Below, one piece after another: positions 58,180-64,000 of a stretch of 64,000 nucleotides of DNA (positions are counted from its first letter, which is position 1; each line of letters begins with the position of its first letter). The translations under genes were made by a program, and so were the position numbers. The stretch lies in the NCBI GenBank assembly GCA_963691755.1, contig OY829366.1, positions 622,534-686,533 of the forward strand. The letters are read 5' to 3'. Origin of the DNA: Dinoroseobacter sp. (GTDB taxonomy: Bacteria > Pseudomonadota > Alphaproteobacteria > Rhodobacterales > Rhodobacteraceae). The notes beneath the pieces were generated by a model. It was not told where the DNA came from, did not search any database, and saw only the letters and a list, made by a program, of their open reading frames with translations.

Positions 58180-59206
58180 TCGCACCTTCAACGCGCGCGG
58201 CTAGTAAGGCCAACCCTTGGGGTTTCAAACTATCGCTGTGCAGTTCAAGCGCGACGCTCTGTTTTGCCTTGCCGTATCGCGGGTCATAGTGACGGACCAT
58301 CAGGTCTTCAGTGAACGCCCTGAACTGACCCGTCGCAGTCAAGGAGTGCCAACTGGTAATCACCTCGGCGCTGTGAAGGTCTTGCAACGCCTGTATTCCG
58401 TTTTTCAAGCCTTCAGGGTTCTCCCACAAATCAGCATAAGCTTCTGTCAAATAGGCTGCGCGCTCTTCGACGGGTGCGGTGATGCGAATGCGTGGCGCAC
58501 CCTTCATGGCCTGCCAAACGCTTGGCGGTACAATGCAACTGCCGACCTTGCTGCTTTCGGCTTCCAATATGACTGGACGCTGCGGATCGAGCGCATCGAT
58601 TGTCTTTGCAAGCACGCCTTCAAATTGCTTCTGGCTCGGCTGGCCGCCTTTACGGGCGCCAAAGGCGGATCCTCGGTGATTGGCCGCGCCTTCCAGATCC
58701 AGCACCTGCACACCGCGCGCTTTCAAAAGCTGCAAAAGCTCGGTTTTGGCTGTCCCAGTATGACCATCCAGCAGCACGACTTTGCTTGGAAAGGGTTCAT
58801 CATGGCAAAGTTTGGCAACCAGTTTGCGATAGCTTTTGTATCCGCCGTTCAAGGTTTCGGCACGCCATCCGACCTGGCTCAGATAATTGGCGAATGCGCC
58901 TGATCTCTGCCCGCCGCGCCAGCAATACACCAGCGGTTGCCAAGCACCATCGCGATCTGCCAGCGGACCTTCAAGATGCGTCGCTATGTTGCGCGCAACC
59001 ATGGCGGCTCCGACCTTACGGGCGCGAAATCGGCTTTCTCGTACATAAATGGTTCCCACAACAGCGCGTTCTTCATTGTCCAGCGAGGGAAGATTGATCG
59101 CACCGGGGATGTGATCGAGCGCAAACTCAGCTGGGGATCGGGCGTCGATGATCTGATCAAACGGCAAGGCGTTCAGATCGGCCAACCGCGTTAGCTTGAT
59201 GGGCAT
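58166..59206 (-). CDS. selU: tRNA 2-selenouridine synthase (SelU/MnmH/YbbB)
   Basis: It has an N-terminal rhodanese domain with the active-site CWRGGQRS. It has a P-loop (LDGHTGTAKTELL), HRGSAFG and a C-terminal YDPRY motif. It aligns by eye along E. coli YbbB. Confidence 0.9.
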   Translation of the reverse strand: MPIKLTRLADLNALPFDQIIDARSPAEFALDHIPGAINLPSLDNEERAVVGTIYVRESRFRARKVGAAMVARNIATHLEGPLADRDGAWQPLVYCWRGGQRSGAFANYLSQVGWRAETLNGGYKSYRKLVAKLCHDEPFPSKVVLLDGHTGTAKTELLQLLKARGVQVLDLEGAANHRGSAFGARKGGQPSQKQFEGVLAKTIDALDPQRPVILEAESSKVGSCIVPPSVWQAMKGAPRIRITAPVEERAAYLTEAYADLWENPEGLKNGIQALQDLHSAEVITSWHSLTATGQFRAFTEDLMVRHYDPRYGKAKQSVALELHSDSLKPQGLALLAARVEGAINSL

Positions 59207-60115
59207 TCAGACGCGGCTCGACATGTGAATTTCGCCACGCGCTTTCGAAAGTGCGATCTGCTTCTGGCGTTCGCGGAAGCGCTCACGATCTTCTTCAGAC
59301 CGTTCAGACAAACAATGGTGGCAGCTCACCCCGTCTTCGTATTCGGGGCGTTTCAGATCGGCTGGTTCAAGCGGGCGCCTGCAGGCGCGACACAGGCTAT
59401 GGTCGCCTTCAACAAGGCCATGTCCGACGGAGACGCGTTCATCAAAAACAAAACAGGCCCCTTCCCAAAGGCTCTCTTCCGCGGGTACGTCCTCGAGGTA
59501 TTTCAGGATCCCGCCCTTCAGGTGATATACTTGGTCCACGCCTTGTTGCATCAGGTAGTTTGTTGATTTTTCGCACCGAATTCCGCCTGTACAGAACATT
59601 GCAATGCGCTTGTTGTGAAAGCGCTCGGCGTTTTGCTCCCACCACTCGGGGAACTGGCGGAAGCTGACAGTTTCGGGATCAATCGCACCTTTGAAGGTCC
59701 CAATGGCCACTTCATAATCATTTCGTGTATCGATAACGGCCACGTCCGGTGCGCTGATCAGTTCGTTCCAATCTGCGGGATCGACATATTGTCCAACAGC
59801 GCAAACCGGGTCGACCTCCGGCTGGCCCATAGTCACGATTTCTTGCTTCAACCGGACCTTCAAACGCGGAAAGGGCATTTCGCTGGCGCTGCTTTCTTTC
59901 CAGACGAAATCCGCGCATCCCGGGAGCGTTTTGATATGCGCGATCATGGCGTCAATACCCGCGCGTGATCCGGCGATGGTACCGTTGATCCCTTCTTTGG
60001 CGATCAAAAGGATGCCGCGCACCCCGTTTGACGCTGCAAGTTCCTTCAGCGGGGTGATCAGGGCTTCGGGATCTTCAAAGCGTGTGAAGTGATATAGGGC
60101 TGCCACGGTGACCAT
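59207..60115 (-). CDS. trhO: Rhodanese-domain tRNA uridine(34) hydroxylase TrhO (YceA/UPF0176)
   Basis: The N-terminus is [16 protein letters not shown]. It has the rhodanese active-site loop [11 protein letters not shown] and a C-terminal Cys cluster (CRACRRP...CHHC). I prefer ATG 60115. Its stop abuts the selU start. Confidence 0.8.
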   Translation of the reverse strand: MVTVAALYHFTRFEDPEALITPLKELAASNGVRGILLIAKEGINGTIAGSRAGIDAMIAHIKTLPGCADFVWKESSASEMPFPRLKVRLKQEIVTMGQPEVDPVCAVGQYVDPADWNELISAPDVAVIDTRNDYEVAIGTFKGAIDPETVSFRQFPEWWEQNAERFHNKRIAMFCTGGIRCEKSTNYLMQQGVDQVYHLKGGILKYLEDVPAEESLWEGACFVFDERVSVGHGLVEGDHSLCRACRRPLEPADLKRPEYEDGVSCHHCLSERSEEDRERFRERQKQIALSKARGEIHMSSRV

Positions 60116-60190
60116 GCGCCGCGAGATACGCCGTTGCGCTCGGCCCGGCAAGCCTTAGGGTGCGGGGCAAATTGACCGGAGGCCACCGCA

Positions 60191-60787
60191 ATGACCCATG
60201 CCCTTCTTGTTATCGACGTTCAAAACGACTTCTGCCCGGGAGGGGCCCTTGCAGTTGCGGGGGGAGACGAGATCGTGTCCGGGATCAACGCTTTGATGGC
60301 TGATTATGATGCCGTTCTTCTAACCCAAGACTGGCATCCGGCAGGGCATTCTTCATTTGCCTCTTCACATGATGGCGCGGCGCCCATGAGTGTCATGGAC
60401 TTTCCGTATGGCCCGCAGGTGTTGTGGCCGGATCATTGTATTCAGGGATCTCACGGCGCCTCTTTCCACAAAGACCTCAATGTTGATCGCGCCGATCTGA
60501 TCATTCGCAAAGGGTATAACCCTGACATCGACAGCTATTCGGCATTCTTTGAAAACGATCATGCCACACCGACGGGTCTGGAAGGTTACTGCCGTACCCG
60601 AGGGATCGACACGCTGACCTTGGTGGGGCTCGCCACGGATTTCTGCGTCAACTATTCTGCCGTGGATGCCGCTAAACTGGGGTTCAATGTGACGGTACGC
60701 CAGGATCTTTGCCGGGCGATTGATTTCGATGGGTCGCTCAAGGCCGCGCAAGACGGAATGTCTTCCGCTGGCGTTACGCTTTCCTGA
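60191..60787 (+). CDS. pncA: Nicotinamidase/pyrazinamidase PncA
   Basis: It begins MTHALLVIDVQNDFCPGGALAV. It has the isochorismatase fold with the catalytic Cys region (LVGLATDFCV). Confidence 0.9.
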   Translation: MTHALLVIDVQNDFCPGGALAVAGGDEIVSGINALMADYDAVLLTQDWHPAGHSSFASSHDGAAPMSVMDFPYGPQVLWPDHCIQGSHGASFHKDLNVDRADLIIRKGYNPDIDSYSAFFENDHATPTGLEGYCRTRGIDTLTLVGLATDFCVNYSAVDAAKLGFNVTVRQDLCRAIDFDGSLKAAQDGMSSAGVTLS

Positions 60788-60788
60788 G

Positions 60789-61565
60789 ATGTCGCGCGCG
60801 GATCGCAGACGTCAGGCCAAGGCATCAGGTCGCGGGGCAGGAACCCTTGATGGGCTTCGCAAGGCCCTTGAGACGGCGAGCATACCAGGCACGCCGAAAC
60901 CTGTACTGGACCGGACGCGGGCCATCTTGCTGACCTATTTTGACACCAGCGTTATGCAGGGGAAATCCTACACGCAGATCGTCAAAGAGCTAGCGGAAGG
61001 ATTGCCCGCAACAGGCATTGCCGCGGTTGAACTGCAACAAGGTGGAACGCCGCCAGGTCTGGCTTGTGCGGCGGGCTGCGTGTTCTGTTGCATTCTAACT
61101 GGGGATGATGGCGGCACGATCACGGAACACGAGGCCAAAGCCTTATATACGGCCCTCGCGCCATTGGCGGGTCAAAGCGATGGTCGGTCGTGGCATCCGA
61201 AAGCATGCCCCTCGTTAGACCCTGAAACGCGCGCCTGTCGTGCTTATGAGCGAAGACCGATGATTTGTCGTAGCTACGTGTCTGTCAGTGCGCAGGCGTG
61301 CGAGAAAGTGTCGATGGAACAAGACGCCGATGGGCCTGGCGTTCTGGCTGCACAAACCACGTATCTTGTTGCGCATTCGCTTGCACGGGTTGCGCTGAAA
61401 GGCATTGCCAAGGTGAACACATTCGGGATGTCTGAAATCGCACAGGCAGCTGTGGAAGGTGACAGCGAGGCAGAAGCCTTGAAACGTGCACGGCACAATC
61501 CGCGTTCGTTGGATGATGAGCGTAAGCGCAATACCGAAGGGTATCTTAGCGCACTTGGTCACTAA
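60789..61565 (+). CDS. YkgJ-family (UPF0153) cysteine-cluster protein
   Basis: ATG 60789 lies 1 nt after the pncA stop. It has a C-x3-C-x2-CC motif (CAAGCVFCC). A second cluster ([24 protein letters not shown]) matches the YkgJ zinc/iron-chelating domain pattern. Confidence 0.65.
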   Translation: MSRADRRRQAKASGRGAGTLDGLRKALETASIPGTPKPVLDRTRAILLTYFDTSVMQGKSYTQIVKELAEGLPATGIAAVELQQGGTPPGLACAAGCVFCCILTGDDGGTITEHEAKALYTALAPLAGQSDGRSWHPKACPSLDPETRACRAYERRPMICRSYVSVSAQACEKVSMEQDADGPGVLAAQTTYLVAHSLARVALKGIAKVNTFGMSEIAQAAVEGDSEAEALKRARHNPRSLDDERKRNTEGYLSALGH

Positions 61566-61624
61566 GGACTTGCAGGCACCAAGCTTGGTTTGTTCTAAGG
61601 TCCCCGGCTAAAAGGGAACTTGGC

Positions 61625-62914
61625 ATGGATATCGCGTCGCGCGTTTATAACCATAAATGGAAGATCGATCCGATCGTGCGTTCGCTGATCGATACCGACT
61701 TCTACAAGCTGTTGATGTGCCAGTCGGTCTTTCGCAATAAGCCCGATACGCAGGTGACCTTCAGCCTGATTAATCGGACCAAGACACTGCCACTTGCTGA
61801 TCTCGTTGATGAAGGCGAATTGCGCGAGCAACTGGACCACATTCGTGGCCTGTCGCTTAGTCGTGGTGAAAGCACCTGGCTAAGGGGCAATACGTTTTAT
61901 GGCAAGCGCCAGATGTTCCGCCCCGATTTTATGGAATGGTTCGAAAATCTACGCCTGCCACCATATCATCTGGAACGGAAAGACGACCAATACGAGCTGA
62001 CGTTCGAAGGCAGTTGGCCCGAGGTCATGCTTTGGGAAATTCCCGCGCTTGCGGTTTTGATGGAACTTCGCGGACGCGCCGTCTTGTCACGCATGGGCCG
62101 GTTTGAACTTCAGGTGCTTTATGCGCGGGCGATGACCAAGCTTTGGGAAAAGGTGGAACGGTTACGCAGCGTAGAAGATCTGCGCATCGCTGATTTTGGC
62201 ACACGACGTCGTCACTCTTTCATGTGGCAGGACTGGTGTGTGCAGGCAATGATCGAAGGCCTAGGCGAAAAATTTGTGGGCACATCGAACTGTCTGATTG
62301 CCATGCGCCGCGAAGTTGAAGCGATCGGGACGAATGCGCATGAGTTGCCAATGGTTTATGCTGCATTAGCCGAAGGTGATGAAGCGCTTGCTGCGGCACC
62401 GTATGATGTTTTGGCCGATTGGCATGAAGAGCATGACGGTAATTTGCGTATCATTCTTCCTGATACCTATGGCACGCAGGGGTTTCTCGAGGGGGCACCA
62501 GATTGGTTGGCGGGTTGGACAGGCATCCGCATAGATAGTGGTGACCCAGCAACTGGTGCTGAGATCGCGATCAAGTGGTGGGAAGACCGGGGTGAAGACC
62601 CGCGTGAAAAGCTGGTCATTTTCTCTGACGGGTTGGATGTCGATAAAATCGCAGAGTTGCACGCGCAATTCGCGGGTCGAGTGCGCGTGTCCTTTGGTTG
62701 GGGCACACTTTTGACGAACGATTTCAGGGGCCTGGTCCCAAACGATGGCCTCGCGCCGTTTTCATTGGTTTGCAAGGCGGTTGCTGCAAATGGCCGCCCG
62801 ACTGTGAAATTGAGCGACAACCCGAACAAGGCCATGGGTCCTCAGGATCAGATCGATCGCTACAAACGGGTGTTTCATGTTGGAGCACAGGAACGGGTCG
62901 AGGTCATCGTCTAA
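61625..62914 (+). CDS. pncB: Nicotinate phosphoribosyltransferase PncB
   Basis: The N-terminus is [19 protein letters not shown]. It also has [17 protein letters not shown] and IRIDSGDP, which are conserved NAPRTase motifs. Confidence 0.93.
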   Translation: MDIASRVYNHKWKIDPIVRSLIDTDFYKLLMCQSVFRNKPDTQVTFSLINRTKTLPLADLVDEGELREQLDHIRGLSLSRGESTWLRGNTFYGKRQMFRPDFMEWFENLRLPPYHLERKDDQYELTFEGSWPEVMLWEIPALAVLMELRGRAVLSRMGRFELQVLYARAMTKLWEKVERLRSVEDLRIADFGTRRRHSFMWQDWCVQAMIEGLGEKFVGTSNCLIAMRREVEAIGTNAHELPMVYAALAEGDEALAAAPYDVLADWHEEHDGNLRIILPDTYGTQGFLEGAPDWLAGWTGIRIDSGDPATGAEIAIKWWEDRGEDPREKLVIFSDGLDVDKIAELHAQFAGRVRVSFGWGTLLTNDFRGLVPNDGLAPFSLVCKAVAANGRPTVKLSDNPNKAMGPQDQIDRYKRVFHVGAQERVEVIV

Positions 62915-63333
62915 TCGTCATCTTTGACACGTCCGCGCATCGCCTTGATTTGTCCGCGTTGTGTCTTTGCCTCAAGCCGTCGTCGTTTTGATCCCAACGT
63001 AGGTTTCGTTGCGATACGTCGCTTGGGAACAATCGTCGCCTTCCGGATCAGATCGGTCAGCCTTTGACGCGCGATTTCTCTGTTGCGCGACTGGCTTCGT
63101 GTCTCATCAACCTGCAGGATTAGCGCCCCGTCCTGGGTCCAGCGTCTGCCCGCAAGTTTTTTCAGCCGCGTTTTCACCTGACGGGTCAAATTGGGAGAGC
63201 GCTCGGCCTCAAAGCGTAGTTCAACGGCTGTGGCAACCTTATTCACGTTCTGTCCGCCGGGACCTGAGGCACGCATAAAGCTCTCGGTCAGCTCCCAATC
63301 CGCAATTGTGATCTCTGTCGTGACGTTCAGCAT
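62911..63333 (-). CDS. arfB: Alternative ribosome-rescue factor ArfB (YaeJ, peptidyl-tRNA hydrolase)
   Basis: The 140-aa product from ATG 63333 has the GGQ motif ([21 protein letters not shown]). It has a basic C-terminal tail ([21 protein letters not shown]). The 223-aa ORF in the track is an upstream over-extension. Confidence 0.9.
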   Translation of the reverse strand: MLNVTTEITIADWELTESFMRASGPGGQNVNKVATAVELRFEAERSPNLTRQVKTRLKKLAGRRWTQDGALILQVDETRSQSRNREIARQRLTDLIRKATIVPKRRIATKPTLGSKRRRLEAKTQRGQIKAMRGRVKDDD

Positions 63334-63356
63334 GTGAAATTCAGGCCCAAGTCGAC

Positions 63357-64000
63357 TTACCCTTTTGTAACCAGCCAAACACCCCATAGCACGGTTAAAA
63401 GTCCAATACCCTGAACTGGAGCCACTGTTTCCCCAAGAAGGGCGAAGCCAAGAACAATCGCCCAGACAGGTTGCAGGTAGCTCACCCCGCCCACGCGCAC
63501 GGCCTTGTGGGTCCGGACCAGTATCAGAAACAGAACTGCCGGTGCGGCTGTCGAGAAGAGCGACAACATCAACAGTGCCCACCAGCTTGTCGGATCAGCC
63601 GGGAAGGTCTTTACCTCTCCTAGACCGGTCGAGATCACGAGGGCAATGCAGGTCGCAATACCCAATTGGCTTGCGGACAACAGCGCCGGTGTCCGTGTCT
63701 TGATGGCGCGTGCATAAACCGAGCCCGCTGCGAAACTCAAAGCGACCCCGATCATCAGAGCCCGTCCCAACATATCGCCAGATCCAACCTCGCCGCTGAA
63801 TGCGATCAACGCCACACCCAGAAAACCGATGGCGAGACCGGCAAGAATGCCTTTCGTTAAACGTTCATCGACGAGAAAAAGCGCTGCAAACACACCTGTG
63901 AATACGGGCGTCAGCGCATGCAACATGCCGGCCTCGGCGGCAGGTAGCCGTTCCACTGCCATTGCTGCCAAGACGTTGGGAAGCCATCCGTTCGTCGTGG
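63357..64000 (-). CDS. EamA/DMT-family transporter, N-terminus beyond the window
   Basis: It is polytopic and hydrophobic with EamA-like repeat features (...LALIAFSGE..., ...YLQPVWAIVLGFALLGE...). The frame stays open upstream of the TTG at 63971 all the way to position 64000. Confidence 0.75.
   Translation of the reverse strand, partial: TTNGWLPNVLAAMAVERLPAAEAGMLHALTPVFTGVFAALFLVDERLTKGILAGLAIGFLGVALIAFSGEVGSGDMLGRALMIGVALSFAAGSVYARAIKTRTPALLSASQLGIATCIALVISTGLGEVKTFPADPTSWWALLMLSLFSTAAPAVLFLILVRTHKAVRVGGVSYLQPVWAIVLGFALLGETVAPVQGIGLLTVLWGVWLVTKG

Noticed and set aside
62911-63582. The ORF track lists a 223-aa ORF covering arfB, with an 83-aa N-terminal extension that overlaps the EamA transporter gene.
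   Set aside because: The extension is R/G/S/P-rich junk and overlaps the 3' end of the transporter gene. ATG 63333 yields a canonical 140-aa ArfB.

Overview
This 64-kb window looks like core chromosome from an alphaproteobacterium, probably Rhodobacterales/roseobacter-like. That placement is my inference from protein sequences and gene order, not from a database search. GC content is moderate to high and coding density is high.

Layout:
- 1-7.6 kb: truncated galE, an RTX-repeat protein, and tamB-tamA.
- 7.8-38.9 kb: one contiguous flagellar supercluster of about 31 kb and about 37 genes. It contains motB, flgEKLI, fliPNHF, fliL, a motE-like gene, motA, an SLT lytic transglycosylase, flhA, fliR, flhB, flgHAGF, fliQE, flgCB, fliI, a DUF1217-like gene, flbT, flaF, one flagellin gene, flgN-like and flgJ-like genes, fliK and flgD.
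- 38.9-43.3 kb: ubiB-ubiE, mutM, an enoyl-CoA hydratase and rpsT.
- 43.9-50.1 kb: dnaA-dnaN-recF, with gyrB convergent.
- 50.3-55.9 kb: a YbbA/YbbP-type ABC transporter, an AttH-like protein and a membrane-anchored alpha/beta hydrolase.
- 56.0-60.1 kb: a selenium/tRNA-U34 module consisting of an oxidoreductase-SelD fusion, selU and trhO.
- 60.2-64.0 kb: pncA, a ykgJ-like gene, pncB, arfB and a truncated EamA transporter.

I saw no rRNA, tRNA, CRISPR array, transposase, integrase, prophage gene or recognisable defence gene, and no compositionally foreign island. I therefore cannot point to a discrete new system.

The least-described content is:
- a set of uncharacterised ORFs translationally coupled into the flagellar operons: 156 aa, 651 aa, 121 aa and the DUF1217-like protein;
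- RNA stem-loops around the flagellin gene;
- a recurring TTAN-N7-TTAN motif in flagellar promoter regions;
- a structured 590-bp rpsT-dnaA spacer;
- the SelD fusion with the selU-trhO operon.

Start codons were refined by eye where the ORF track (longest ATG/GTG/TTG ORF) looked over-extended. All functional calls rest on motif recognition and synteny, not on searches.
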